DNA from: the human T2T-CHM13v2.0 reference genome, Homo sapiens | Strand: one strand, 5' to 3' | DNA length: 64,000 bases | Assembly: GCF_009914755.1 (NCBI RefSeq) | Contig: NC_060933.1 | In this document: positions 1-15,421 of the stretch, one piece after another | Layout of the letters: each line of letters opens with the position of its first letter | How positions within the stretch are numbered: position 1 is the first letter of the stretch | Position numbers and translations under genes: made by a program | Notes under the pieces: generated by a model | Databases searched by the model: none | What the model was told of the DNA's origin: nothing | What the model saw: the letters and a program-made list of their open reading frames with translations, nothing else

Positions 1-3000
1 AGTCACTATGGGTTTGACCAAGAGTCAGCTCGTTTTTATGGTCAGCTTTGTAGATCTGTTTAATTCAAAACCCTGGACATGCTCTACATTTATCATTTGA
101 AATAAGTCCATACAGTTCAATTAACAAAAGCTTAAATTAACCCCCCTTTACTCAAATGAAAATCCTTCCCTTCTTGAAATATTTTTGTTTCTGTAAATTA
201 AGGAACAAATTAGTAAGACTAAAATAACATATTTTCATGAACTGATTCCTTAGGGTTTTTTCCAGGAATTTCCCTCAGCTAAGAGAGATTCACTTTATAT
301 TTAGTAGTTCTTAACATTTCTATAGTTATTCCTAAACTATTCATTTGATAAAGAAAATTAATTTGAAATTAAGTACAGTTATAAATACATAGAGAAACAA
401 ATCAAAATTGTGACAGCGAAAAAAGAAAATTTTCTTCAACAAAGTCACCTCTTGCTTAGGAAATGTAATGTTATTTCACATTGTATTAATACATTCAGTA
501 ACCTCATTACCAAAATAATCATTAATAAATAAACCTGTGTTTCCACAGTCACTTTGATTGAAATGAGTGCACCATTTGATCCTCATTTCTTTACGTGATG
601 TGAAAACTCGTTTTCACCTGAAAGTCTCTTGAGATGAGAAACAACACACTATCAATTTGGCTTGATAAGGTTGCTACTCACCTACCTTCACATCAAAACA
701 ATGAGGATCAGCCCATTTTCTTGAGGAAGTCATGCTAAATAAAGCCTCCTGGAGCATTATGTTGTCCACGACCCAATAAGGAATAGTGGCAAAAATCAAA
801 TATATCTAATACTCAATGGTTGCTTAAAAGTAAACTTGATTCTCTCTTTTGGCTTTTTGTGACATTTAATACCTACTTTATTTTGTCAAGAGAACATTCC
901 CAAGTTACACTGTAAGACATGGAACAGCCTAAATCCTGAAAATATATTTCAAAAGTGACACAGTGAAGAAATTGTATTATTTTTCTATAGGTTATAGTAG
1001 AAAAATGGGTTAACTCATACCTAAACAGTTTATATTTAAAAGCACATTTAGTTAGAAAATTTTGATTTCTGGTATCAAACACTCCATTTTAATCTATGTG
1101 AACAAAATACTTTCCTAGCCTTTGATTAGATCTAACTTATTGATCCAAATCACTGAGCTGAATTCAACTGACACATATTCAGTTGTTTTTTTTAAAAAAA
1201 GTAGGAAAATTGGAGTTGGATGACATATTAGAAACTCAAATAATTTCATTTTGTAAATGACAAAACTAAAGCCTAGAGAAGAATGGATGACTTTGTCATA
1301 CACTTTTTAGTAGGCACCATTCTATTCTTTTTAATCAGTGGAATTGTTCCTCTCTACATGACAATAAATAATAATATTACTAATAATCAGTATGTGCAAA
1401 CTACTAGAATATTTTATGTGCATTACTAATAACAATTATAATAGTCCATGTTTTATTTTTATACATGAAGAATCTGATTCTGAGACCGACTACATTCCCA
1501 AGCCCCAAATAGCAGTAAATGGTAGGACAAGACCTTCAAAGGCTATACTGTTTTGCCGTGCCATGCTAGGTCCCACTTCAGTTGGCCATATCATTTGATC
1601 CAGACATAATTAAAAAGGAGGGAAAATCCATCTGGGAAGTTTTTCACACATGGACTAAAGTTTACTAATCGATGCAGAGTTAAATTATCATTTGCTTCAA
1701 CATATGGTTGCATTTTTTTTGTTTGATGACTAAACTAATACTACTGGTATTAAATAGTGAACTGAATTAATAGGAAATTACTGAAGCCTAAAGTTTGTGA
1801 TGTTTTAACAAATCCAGGTGGGCCATAATTTCAATAATGTTTCTCAATACATTAATAACTTCATACTCTAATTGCCTGATATCCTATAGTTATGTTTTAA
1901 TTTAATTACAAAGATGCACATTAACATAATCATAAAAATTCAGCTACCATAACTTTATACAAAGCCTTGGTTAAAAATAGAAAACAGAATATACTGTTAC
2001 AGAAAAAATTTAAATCACCTAACTTCAATTATAAGAAGGAACAGAGAAGAAAATAGTAAACATATACCATCCAGTAACAGGTTAATTCAATGTTAAAATT
2101 TATAACTATAATACAATGACACTATTCTCAAGGTAAGAAATACAGAAAAATTATTTTTTCTTAACTATTGAGCCATCAGTAGAAGGAAAATTTTTGTTAG
2201 TCTCACAGCTACTGAACAGTAAATTAAACTATAGGTTTGTTCTACTATTTTTAATAAAAGGTATAAAAGTCAAAAAATAAAAATTATCTAATTCTGTTAC
2301 TTTTGGGGGAAAACAGATTGGGACTAGTGGAAAACTTGACTTACTAGATTTATCAATCACTACAACTTCATGTACTCCATACGCCAGATCATTTTTTCTT
2401 AAAATGTAAAATTAATGATAGAAATTAATACTCAACTTTCAATAGTGACACATATGGGTTGCCAAATTATCTAGGTCAAAAATTCTTAACCTTATGAACT
2501 CCCTAGAGACTCTGATCTAAGCTATAGACGCTTTACCTGTAACAATGCTCTTCAGATTATGTGTACAGTTTGTTACCTGCCATTTTAAGGAATTTATGAA
2601 TACCCTAATCAAGAACTTCTTGAAGGAGACATTTCATCTGCAGTTATTCCTGATATTTTCTGAAATTTTAAATTACCATCTTATGAATTAGGAGTTATCT
2701 CAATAGAATCTCTTTATCCAGGTACTTGAGTTGTTGCACGATCTAATAACTGGCATTAGTTCCCCTTAATTATTATTTTTCATGCAAGGCTTAACTTACT
2801 GAGATTCAGCCAACGTGAACTTTCCTCTTCTTGCTGCACTTTGTCAATCTTTTCTACTTTTCACCTTTTCTACTTCTATCTCAGCACCTATCAAAAATTC
2901 CAAACCCTATATTTGCATTTTTATCTCCCTCACTATTCTACAAACTTCTCAAAAACAGGAACAAAATCTTAGTCACTTTTCATTCACATTGCCAACCTAG

Positions 3001-3811
3001 CACCTTATACATAGAAAGCATTTAGTAAGTATTTTACTAAGAGAATAAATGTGCTAATAAAGTAGAATCTTTAGTGAATTTTATCAACATTTTTCATGTT
3101 CAACATCAAGCACTTCTGCTGGGTTCCGGATTCATTTTCAAGGAAAATTCTTCTGATTGAGCATTAAGTTTTGTATTTTAAAATCAGGTTATTCAGTCAT
3201 GAGAAGCAATTAATTTCTTATATAAATTTTCAAGTTTTTAACTATTTTTGTGCTTACAAACTCACCTACTACTCTCATATTTAAAGAGTTAACCACAGCA
3301 TTGCACCATACTGGCACATATTAATGCCAGTATTGTAAATATTAATTTATAATATCCATAAATAACATTATATCACACTGTGATTCAGAATTTTTTCTGA
3401 GTTAAACTCTTTGTGATTAGAATTTTTATACTCTATGCTTTTAATATAGTACTTTTTTAAAAGCACTCTTTCTAAATCTTTAGAAATATTTAATAATGAC
3501 AATTTTTCACATTCTGGGAAAAATGTCAGGGGATGTTCCTGAAATTTGCACAAGGTTTCAGCAAGAATCACTGAGCCAGATTGAAAACTTTCTAATTTGG
3601 AAGACAATAGTCTAGAAATGGTAAAATAGAAAACTATATTAAGTTTTAAGAATAGTTTTCTGAAAAAATATTATTAATTTGGGGAATAAACCCAAGTGAA
3701 ACAGCATACATAAATATGAAGTTTCCTAGGAAAAGAATCAGCTATAAAAAATGTAAAAGTTTTATCAGTTTTCTACTTCTTGTTCACGGTTTAGTAGAGT
3801 GAAAAAGGCTG

Positions 3812-4169
3812 TGATATGGTTTGGCTGTGACCCTACCCGAATCTCATCTTTAATTGTGGCTTCCATAATCCCCACTTGTTGTGGGAGGGACCTGCTGGGA
3901 GGTAATTGAATCATGGGGACAAATTTGTTCCGCACTGTTCTTATAATGGTGAATAAGTCTTACGAGATCTGATGATTTTATAAAGGGGAGTTTCCCTGCA
4001 CACGTTCTCTTTCCTGCTATCATGTAAGATGTGACTTTGCTTCTTCCTCTGCCATGATTGTGAGGCCTCCCCAGCCATGTGGAACCGTGAGTCAATTAGA
4101 CCTCTTTCCTTTCTAAATTACTCAGTCTGAGGTATGTCTTTATTAGCAGCATGAGAACAGACTAATACA
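3812..4169 (+). mobile_element. THE1 (ERVL-MaLR) solo LTR
   Basis: Starts TGATATGGTTTGGCTGTG and ends GAGAACAGACTAATACA; perfect 5-bp TSD GGCTG at 3807-3811 and 4170-4174. Confidence 0.93.
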
Positions 4170-4329
4170 GGCTGCTACTGCTCTGACTCTGCACCTGCCT
4201 TCAGAGCCAGGTCAGTGCTCTTTCTGGCAATCGTCTAATCCAGACAAAAATAAGCATCTTGTTTAGAAATGAAATGACAGAATACATAAGTCAGCCAAAA
4301 AAAAATATAAAGTCCTCAGTTAATAAGTC

Positions 4330-4749
4330 TAACATAGTTTGGATGTGTGTCGCTGCCCAAATCTCATATTGAAATGCAATCCCCAATGTTGGAGGTGGGG
4401 CCTGGTGGGAGGTGATTGGATCATGGGGGCAGATTTCTCCTGAATGGTTTAACACCATCTCCCTTGGCACTGTCCTCATGATAGTGAGTGAGTTTTCATG
4501 AGATCTCATCGTTTAAAAGTGTGTTAATGCCTCCCCTCTCACTGTCTTGCTCCTGCTCTTAGCATGTGATGAACTTGCTCCTGCTTTGCCTTCTGCCACA
4601 AGTAAAAGCTCCTTGAAGCCTCCCTAAGAAGGTGCTGATGCTATGTTCCTGTGCAGCCTGCACAACAGTGAACTAATTAAACCTCTTTTCTTTATAAATT
4701 ACCCAGTCTCAGGAATATCTTTATAACAATGTGAGAACCAACTAATACA
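4330..4749 (+). mobile_element. MST (MSTA/B-like) MaLR solo LTR
   Basis: AGTTTGGATGTG..CCCAAATCTCATATTGAAATG start and CTAATACA end; 5-bp TSD AAGTC at 4325-4329 and 4750-4754. Confidence 0.9.
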
Positions 4750-6774
4750 AAGTCCATAATTTTTATACTGGCAAAGTAACAATATTATAACACTCACCTC
4801 CCCAAACAGTCATGTAGTGAAGCAAATTGTAGGGTCTTAATAATCACTTTGTTCATTGAGGAAAGGAAGATATGAGTGAGAAAAGAAAGTAAACCAACAC
4901 TTGCAAAGAACATCCAGTTTCTTCGGCTTTTCACAAATATTTTCTCATTCAGTTTTCACAATGTGCCCTTAACATAGACATAATTAATTTTGCCTTATCA
5001 GTGAGGAAATTTACATTCAGATAGCTAGTGTATTGCCACAAGAATCCCAGATACTAAGTGTCAGAGGCAAAACCCAATCAAGATCTGTCTGAATCAAAGA
5101 ACCTTTCTCTTTTCACTGACTGTATGACACATCTACTAGATGGAGGAAATGAGGAGTCAGTAAAATAGATAGAACATTTGTGATAAAATATTTTGGTTAT
5201 GGTTGACAGTGATAGAGACCGACTTCAGGGAAGGAGATAAAAATCTACCATATTTGTTTCTCGTCTTACCATGGATATTGGATTTTAGTTCCTCAGTGGA
5301 TATGTGGCAATCATAAAAGGGAAATGAGTTGTACAGAATGAATTGGTAGGAGAGGTTTCAACATGAACCTAAAGCCATGTATTTGAATCCCAGTAAGAAG
5401 ACAAAAATATCCAGAGGCCAGAGTTAAAAATGAGGAAGCTGCTTCAGAGGTGACAGATGTAAAAGCTAGAGGTTATATTTAGTTAAGACATGTGAGTCAG
5501 CAGCAATAATTGAGGCATGAATTTTTAATATAGTTGACCATGAGATGTCTGATTTGTTTTATTTTTTATAGTTAAATAAATTATATTTTGATTTCAGTGG
5601 CTGAGAATCACCTTTGGGTACGCACTGGGTCGAAAGACCAATTCTCTGCTTTTCTTTTACGGAAAGAAAAAAAAAATCTCATCTAAAGGCCATTCTTCTT
5701 GGCCCTAGTGTTTGGCTTTTCATTACTTCTTTAATAATGACTCTTTTTCCTGTGTTGTCAAATATAGTTGAGCACATTCAGAGTAGTTCAATACATGGCC
5801 AGATTTGACATCGACATGAAGGAATCTTTGGAGGTAAACTACACTGAAGTTCCCCACCCACTCCCCAACCTAAAGTGTCATTTTTGCTCAGCTAATCCCT
5901 ACTGGAGTTTTTGACAGTATACATCTGAATGCTAATGACAACTTCTTTCTTTCCTGAGTAGTTCTACTGCGAGGTATACTGACTGACATTAATTTAATAC
6001 GAGTTTAAAAGAGATAATCAACAAACTTTACCACAAAATAATGGCCAGTCTTGATGATTATGATTGATCAGTCTTAATGGATATGTCCTTTAGGTGGAAT
6101 TGTCTAAGCAGACCGCATCTCAGAAGCTAGATGAAATCAAGAAATACAGAATTTAGAATACAAAACCAGAGGAGAAAATGGTGAATATAATCTCCCAAAA
6201 AGGAAAGCATAGCTTGATGCCTAGTGTCTGACAGAGAGTAAGTATTCATAACTCCCTGAGATATGCTCTCAAGCTGAACTCAACTCTTTGACAATCCCTG
6301 AACAAGTCTGCAAATTTCTCATCTTTGTTAGTAGAGTTTCTATTAGGATCAGGTCGCAACAAGTGATGAGAGTGACCACTCTGTGAAAATGTCCAGGCCC
6401 AGAACCTAGATAGATAATAAAGTAATTAGATATTTCAGTAAAAATGAGCAGCAGACAAGGAAAGAAGTTCCACCAGCAGTTTCAGTAGTATCCACCATGT
6501 GGTAATAATCAAGCATATTAGAGATACACATGGGTGCACAGCCACAGACAAGTTAAGTAGCTGGTCACAGAACCTTGTTAAAATTCAAAGCACTTATTTT
6601 CTCAGAAAAGGGGAAAAGCAAGTCAGCCAGGAACTAAACAATGTCTCATGAGCTAGGCACTGTTTATTCATTCTTTCAAAAACTACTTGAGTGTCTGTTA
6701 CACATCAAGCACTCATCAGAAAAGTAGGATGGAAAAGTATGGGGAAACTTAGACCATTGGACTGTGTGTGTGTA

Positions 6775-7030
6775 AGAGGTTCTGGTTCACAGAAAAAGGA
6801 TGCTTTCATCAGGGGAAGATGGATGGGGACATAGTAAGAGTTCCAATAAACTTTAAGCTGGTTAGTTTAAGCTTCTTGTGCCCATAAACCAATAAGCACA
6901 AAAAAAGAGTTATAATACTGGGAGGGGTAATTAACCCTGCTCATCAGGACAGAATAGAAATGCTGCTACATACTAGGAGCATAGAGCAATGTATCCAGGA
7001 CTCAAGTGATCCATTCAGGCTTAATACTCT
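6775..7030 (+). mobile_element. Degenerate ERVL internal fragment (dUTPase domain relic)
   Basis: Translation VPINFKL..FKLLVPINQ*AQ..VIILGGVINPAHQDRIEMLLH..SDPF resembles ERV-L dUTPase (IPLNWKL..FGLLLPL..GVIDPDYQ.EI.LLLH..GDPL). Confidence 0.7.
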
Positions 7031-7499
7031 CTGGTCAAGATTAAGCTCTAAATGGTAAGAGGGAATGGGACTTCGCAGACATCTCAAATCTGAGAACATT
7101 CCTGCAACAAATCATGTGACACCAAATTCATTTCTCGCCTTTGTTAATAGAGTTTCTATTAGAATCAGGTCTCAACAAGTGATGAGAGTGACCACTCTGT
7201 GAAAATCCTGCCAGGACCTAGATAGATAATGAAAGTAACTGGATATTTTGGTAAAAATGAGCAGCAGACAAGGACACAAGTTCCATCATCAGTTTCATTA
7301 GTTTGGGATTCAAGTGATCCATTAGGGTCTTTTCTCTTCCTTTCAGCAAACCTAACCTAAGATAACAAGGAATAAAAAGCCAAAGGCAGAGCAGAAAGGG
7401 GAAAAGCAAAGTGACAGCAGAATGGAAATTTCAAATGGATCTTCATCGAAGCTTTACTGAGTCTGTTACATTTGAGAACCCATTTGCAGCAGCTGAGAG

Positions 7500-8070
<571 letters not shown>

Positions 8071-8209
8071 GGATCAATGGGAATTACCAGAGAGCCTGAA
8101 CCTCCCTCTTGGGCAACATGGAATAGAGGAACTGAGTACTTTGTCAGGCCAACCACTTAAAACTGACAGGGGTGTATATTACTCTGCCCATTGACTACAC
8201 AATGACTTT

Positions 8210-8538
8210 TGTTTGTTTGCTTCTTGGTTTGGGGGTTTTGTTTCGGGTTTTATTGTGAGACAGGGTCTCGCTTTGTCACCCAGGTTAGAGTGGAGTGGCA
8301 TGCATCCTCTGCACTGCATCCTCGACTTCCTGGGCTCAAGCAATTCTCCCACCTTAGCCCCCAAAGTAGTTAAAACTACAGGCATGTGCCATCATGCCCA
8401 GATAATTTTTGTATTCTTTTTAGAGATAGGTTTTTGTCCTATTGCTCAGGCTGGTCTGGAACTCCTGAGCTCAAGCAATCCACCCACCTTGACTTCCTAA
8501 AATGCTGGGATTACAAGAGTGAGCCACTGTGCCAAGTC
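8210..8538 (-). mobile_element. AluJ
   Basis: Dimeric antisense Alu with CCTGGGCTCAAGCAAT J-type diagnostics and a decayed tail; TSD CACA(A/G)TGACTTT. Confidence 0.9.
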
Positions 8539-9791
8539 TCACAGTGACTTTTTAGGTAAGAAATTTCATATCTACTCTCTTAGAATCCAATATCTCTTTT
8601 CTTCCGTTTCCTTCTATTTGAATCCTACTCATCCCTTAATGTATACACAACAGAAAGATTTGCTCTTCTTCCTATAAGATACTTTAATACTTTTTAATAA
8701 TCACATTTTCCATTGATTTCATACCATCTTCCTTATGACATTATTCACCAGACATTGAATGTGCACCTATTCTGTGTCAGGATCCATATTAGATGGTAAA
8801 CTCTGTGACAGACTCTTGTCATATGACTTGAACATGTTAAGCCCTTGAATAAATAAAAGAATAATAGAGAATTTGACTGAAGATGGAAGCAGAATTCAAT
8901 TGCTCATTTCTAAGCAAATGTTCTTTCTCAGTAACCTCAAATGTCATATCCTCCATAGATGTAGCAAATTACCTTTTTAAAATATGCCATAAAATAATGA
9001 ACATACATCACTTTGGATAATTACATCTACTTCATGCATCAATTTTTTAGAGTAAGGCAATTCATGCTAACTGGACACCTTTTAGACCATTTAGTTTATA
9101 GAAGGGTGAATTATGCCTACATTAATTCAGTTGTCTTTATGGGTTCTTCTGAAAAAAACACAGTTGTAATTAAACCACCGAGGGCACAACAGAAATGATT
9201 CCTACATCACCTTACCTTGACCCCATTCTTTATCTCTATTTCTGAGAATCTCCTGATTTTCAGTTTCTTAACAACTCATAAGAAAAAAAATCCTCTAAAG
9301 AAATAATACTATTTATTATTTAGCATTCACCAGTGTTTTATATGTATTACCTCTATCCTTAAATAATCCACTGAGATAGCTAACATTTTTCACATTTGAC
9401 TAGTTGTAGAAACAGAGCCTAGAAATTTTTAATGATTTTGCAAAGATCACACAGCTAATAAATGATAAAACTTGAAACAGCTTCATGTCTATATTCTTCT
9501 TAGTTGTAGACATGAAATTCCAAAGGTCGAATTTACTGGTCCTTAGGAAATAAAGCATATTACATTAGCGGCAACAGTAAATTCTCATTCAAAAGTTAGC
9601 TAGTTCCTTTCTTTTCTGGCCTTAATAACTAAAAATAATTGGAAAATGTTACCTTTGTATTAATACTTTAGGTCTTAAATTGAAAACAATAAATCAAAAG
9701 TTTTTGCTTTATGCAAAAGACTTGAATTGGATTAAATTACTAAAAGCATAAATGTCAAGTGAAGTTGATTTCCATGAAAAATAAATAAGAA

Positions 9792-10127
<336 letters not shown>

Positions 10128-10860
10128 CTAAAAGCAATACCAAAAAGATCCAAAAAGTGGGCTATCTATTATTTGTCATTTATAGGAGAAAAGGTATGCA
10201 TTATTCATTCATTTTAATTACCTTACAGTAATTTACCAAAAATTCCTAATTTTTGATAACCATAACATAAGAGGACATTTTAGAAGCATTTTGTGTGGAA
10301 ATTTTGAGAACTGTTTCAATGAAATATGGGTGATGTCACATTAATGGATAGCGAATGAGGTTATAAGGAACTCATACACAAAGTCCTAAAGCCAAAACCC
10401 TAAGAATTTATCATCTCATCCCTCATTATTTTCATGAATTTGTACACTTTATAGGAAAATCTGAGATTAACCTAGGCTAATTCTCTCTACTTTACTTATG
10501 GTATAAAGGAGGACAAGAGAGTTTAAGTAACTGGCTCAAGGTCACAGGTTTACTTACTAGTTTAGGTAGAATTAAACTAGAAAATTCTCCAGATGGAATC
10601 ACTCAGTGACAGGATCTGCTAGTTTTGATGAGTTCAAACATGACTCAGAGGATCATTCATGCTGTAGTCCTTCAACATTTCAAATTTAAACTTGTGTGTA
10701 ATTTTCCATTCTGTTTCATGCATTCAATTTCAAATTTAGAACACTTCTCAGAGTTCCTGACTTTAATTTCATTGTTAATAAGGTGGAGAATTTTAATTAT
10801 CTAGAAATTACTTGCAAAACATTTTGTGAAAAAAAAAGTAAGCAGAAAAAAACTACCTAG

Positions 10861-11641
10861 TGAGACAGACAGGAGGCAGGGAAATACTGGGTAGAAGAGG
10901 GCAGTTCCCCAGCAAAGACCCTACCCTCAAGCCTGGAAACCACGGCCCTAAATGAGAAAATTTATCCCTGTTTTCCCACCCAAATGTTGCTTTTTCCAAA
11001 ACCACCCTAGCCTGCCAAGACCCCTATCCTGTACCCATAAAAACCCCAAACTCCACTGGTAGAGGACCATAGCCACGTGGCAGAAAAGGAGAGAAAAGAA
11101 GAAGCATCTGAAGGATGAAAGCAGTTTGGCTGGGGACAGTCAGAGAGGAGTTCAATCTGGGACAGCGGAACTCCAGGGGAAGACTATCTTCCCACTCCCT
11201 CTCCTCTCTAGTTCCCCATCCTGCCAAAAGCCACCTTCATCATTCAATGAAATCCCTGCATTCACCATCCCTCAAGTTCATGTGAACTGATTTTTCCTGG
11301 ACACCAGACAAGGACCCAACTACGAAGGGGGCAGGGTATAAAAGGCTGTCACCCTGACTCTCCACTAAGCTGGTTAACACCTTAGCAGTCCACAGACAGC
11401 AACTGCTAAAAGAGCATTAATGGTAACACACCCCTAGATGCTGCCATGGGGCCAGAGCCCAAAAGCGCTTGCCCTGGCCCCAGCACCTGCTCACCTATGT
11501 ACTCCCTCCCATGAAGGGTTGAGCCCAGTGGGTTTGAGTGAGTGAAATCCATCCCTGCTGGCACCAAAGTGGCCACTTGGACCCTGAGCCAGTGCACTCC
11601 AGTTCCGCCTGCAAAAAGGTCAAGGGAACTCTCTCATCTCA
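10861..11641 (+). mobile_element. ERV1 solo LTR, MER50 family
   Basis: TG...CA ends; start GACAGGAGGCAGGGAAATACTGGGTAGAAGAGGGC; perfect 4-bp TSD CTAG at 10857-10860 and 11642-11645. Confidence 0.85.
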
Positions 11642-13853
11642 CTAGGATTTCTGTGCATTATGATTTGGGGGAGCAAAGGAATTCTCTGTATCCTTTGGTC
11701 ATCCTAGAGCGATTCAATGCTACCAGTAGTAAGTTGCTTAAAACCTGGCAGCTTCTTCCTGGTAAGAAGCAAAGGGTGCAAAGTAGGGTAGGGAAAGGGT
11801 AAGTGAACTGGAGAGGCACTTTCACAGTGTTGAGGTAAATATTCAGGATTCAGAGGTTGAGAGCCTCTGCTGAAGTTTTGGATCATGAGAGAATTGGGAA
11901 GGAGAAACCAGAGACTTTAAGAATTGGTGCTGTGGCTTATAATGCAGTTCACCTTTATGAACTTTAGGATATGCAATTAAAGTTTAGAAACAGTTTGCTT
12001 TTCAGTTGCTGAAATAGACTTCTTTGAATGTGACAATACCGAAAATCGGATCTACCTGGGCCCTAGCTAATATTCAGTCCCTATGATGACCCCAAATGAT
12101 GACATCACTATCATGATATCTACTGTCATATGTGATTTTTTTCATTCTTCTAGCATGAAAAGTTAATCCATACTCTAAGAATTCTATCATTTCAATGTAT
12201 TATACTACTGTGTAACTGAGATATTATTCCAGATGAATGGCCCTTAAGGTATTAGTGGAATTAGTGGAAAAAGGGACAAGTAGAAGTATAGAGGGTTGGG
12301 ATGGGGCATCGGTAGGAAAGAACAGCTTGCGTCTTCACCATTCTTAACCCTACCCACTATAGCGAAAAGCCCCAATTGTTAGACTCAGACCCTCTGGCCT
12401 CAAATCTTCCCCTTGGGACACTAAAGTCCCAGTGTCAATTCAGAATCTGGAGATATCCCTTCATCAGAGAGAGGGAGTAAAAGATCTTAGGCCATCACAT
12501 TCTGACTTACCAGAAGACAATCTTGCTGTGGATTCTTTATGATCACATACCAGATCCCAGCACCTGTGTTCTAGCCTTGTTCAGTGAGACTAACATCCTG
12601 CCTTACAACTCATCTCCAGTTCTCAGGTTATTGTTTAGGCCTGTTGAGCCTAGGCCTAGCCATTCTTGCCCCATTTGACAATATCCTTGAATCCTACCCC
12701 TAATTCTAACTTAACCTAAATTCTTCTGGAGTCTGAAATTTAGCCACTGACCTTTGGGGCCTTACTTCTAGATGAATAATATTTTCTCCTCTATACAATC
12801 AGAGATTTGAAAGAAATGATTTCTAAAGTCCTTGCAAATCTCGGAGCCTATTGTGTTGCCAGATGTCAACAGTTCACCCAGACAACCACTGACTTCTCAA
12901 ATTTTGGGTTCCAATAAAAATAATAGTTTCATTATTACAGTCCCAGATCTAGACTCTCCTTTGGCTAAAACAAAATTATAATAGAAAGAGAGAAATATGT
13001 CTGAACTACAATGCAGGACTTGTGACAATCAATGGATTAACATAAGATTTGTGAATTTCTTTGAGTCATGTGAAAAAACAACTATTGTTTCATTATTATT
13101 GTGAAATTATAATTTCTTACATTTTGCCATCTGAATTAGAAGCACCTGAGCCCTCAGGGGGGAAAATCTCATTAAGATTTATATGTTATCAATAATAGAA
13201 AAAGTCTGAAAAAATGATGACCTTGCTAATTTCTGCATAAATATCATGTACTTCCCAGTTTCCCTGCTATAAAGTTCTGTCTAGCACCAAGGACACTTTT
13301 GAGCTTTGCAATTAGTATAGTGCAAGAAGTTAGGAACATAAGAAAGCATTAAGATCACTTTCTATATTGTGCAGACCTCTTTAGGAAGTGATTCTCTCCT
13401 GTGGTAGATTCATTATAAGAAGAACATGACTTACTTTACAGAAGAAAGAGCTAGAGTGTGACTATAAACTGTCCTTGATGGTGGAGGTTAGGGATAAATG
13501 AAAAAATTAAAATCTGCCAATAAATTAACAAGTAATAATTTAATCCATTATGTCCCTATTTCCTTTTACAATATCCTCCATGAGGGGCTCAAGGAAGTGG
13601 CCCTATTATCTGATTGACCTTCATGTTCAGAAACTGGCCACACAGCTATGATGGGAAAGCTAATGAGAAGTCAGACAACTCAAAAGAAGACACTGGACAA
13701 GCAAAGAATTTTAAAATATCTAAATGGCTTTCCAGGCCTTAAGTATTGGAACTACTTCAAGGTAATATAAAGTTAGGGGAAATTCTGTTCTAGGGCTTTC
13801 AGAGTACTAATTAGATCTCTATGAAATCAAGCTTAATTAGCAGTTTATAATTC

Positions 13854-14157
<304 letters not shown>

Positions 14158-14720
14158 TGATTTTGATAGATTTTTAAAATCAGATTGAAGAAATTTCATT
14201 TTCTCCCTAGATTTTCATAGGTTTTATTATGAAAGGGTATTGAATTTTGCCAAATTATTTTTCTGCCTTGAGATAGTCACATGACTTTTTCCTCTTTAAC
14301 GTGCTAGTATGACTTATTAGATTGTATTTAAATTATTAAAACAACTTTGCACTCATGGGATAAACCTCACTTGGAATGATGCATTCAAGTGTTATATATA
14401 GTATTGCTAGATTTGATTTGTTTATACTTCCTTAAAGACTTTTACACCTATGTTCATGAGGGATATTGGGCTGTATGTTTTGGAATGAAACCATCTGGTT
14501 TTGGTATCAGAATTACACTGACTTCACAAAACAAGTTGGAACATGTTTCTTCTTCATCTTTTTTTTGAAAGTTTTTTTGTACAATTGGTAATTTTTCTTA
14601 ATTAAATCTTTGATGGAATTCACCAATGAAGCCATCTGGGCCTGGAGATTTTTTGAGGAGAGAGTTTTAATGACTAATTCCATGTCCTTAAGAGACATAA
14701 GGGCTATTCTGATTTATTAT
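14158..14720 (-). mobile_element. Old L1M ORF2 fragment
   Basis: GAATTCACCAATGAAGCCATCTGGGCCTGG and GTTCATGAGGGATATTGG are antisense L1 ORF2 motifs. Confidence 0.85.
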
Positions 14721-14849
14721 TGCAATATGTAGGAGGGTCAGCTTCCTATAAGGTATCTGCCTTACTAAAACTACACCTTCAGAGCCATCTGCCTTACTAA
14801 AACTAGATCTTCAGAACACATACCTAATCAATTTATGTCTCTCATTTAA

Positions 14850-15421
14850 CTCATTCAGTAGTTTTCTACCATTCTTAGGCAAAAATCCAAAAGCTATAAT
14901 TAATCAACAGTATCCTCTACGGCTCCTACTCTCTCTCCCTCAGCAAAATAAAAAAAAATGCTCTTACCTGATCTCTGCACCACGTGCACGTCTCTTCTTT
15001 CAGTTCTTCAAACTAGCATATTTCCTACTAACTAACTCAGGTCATTTTCATATGCTTTTTCTCTGCCAGGAATGAATGAATCCCCCCTAATTCCCTTCAC
15101 CTTGCAGATTCAAGTTCAGACTTCACATATCCTATCCTACCCTTCCTCAGAGAAGCTACCTCAATAGCTCTGACTAAATCAGGTGCCTCTGTTCTCCACT
15201 TTCATAGTCTCAATAATTTTCTTTCCTTGCTTCTAGAACAGTTTGTAACTATATACTCACATAATTAATGCCTGTTTCCCTCATTAGACTAAAATCTCAA
15301 TGACGGCTGAGATCCTATCTGTTTTGTTTATGATGGTAACTTGAAATTTAATATAATAATAACTGGCAAATAAAGCCTAATTATTTGTTGAAAAAGTGAA
15401 AAAAATGAATTAATGAATGCA
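14850..15421 (+). mobile_element. L2 3' end
   Basis: Pyrimidine-rich L2 3' motifs ending TTATTTGTTGAA..AATGAATTAATGAATG. Confidence 0.65.

Noticed and set aside
9205-9310. Minus-strand exon-like block with AAG|GTAAGG donor
   Set aside because: Stops in all three frames and a weak acceptor; typical pseudo-exon
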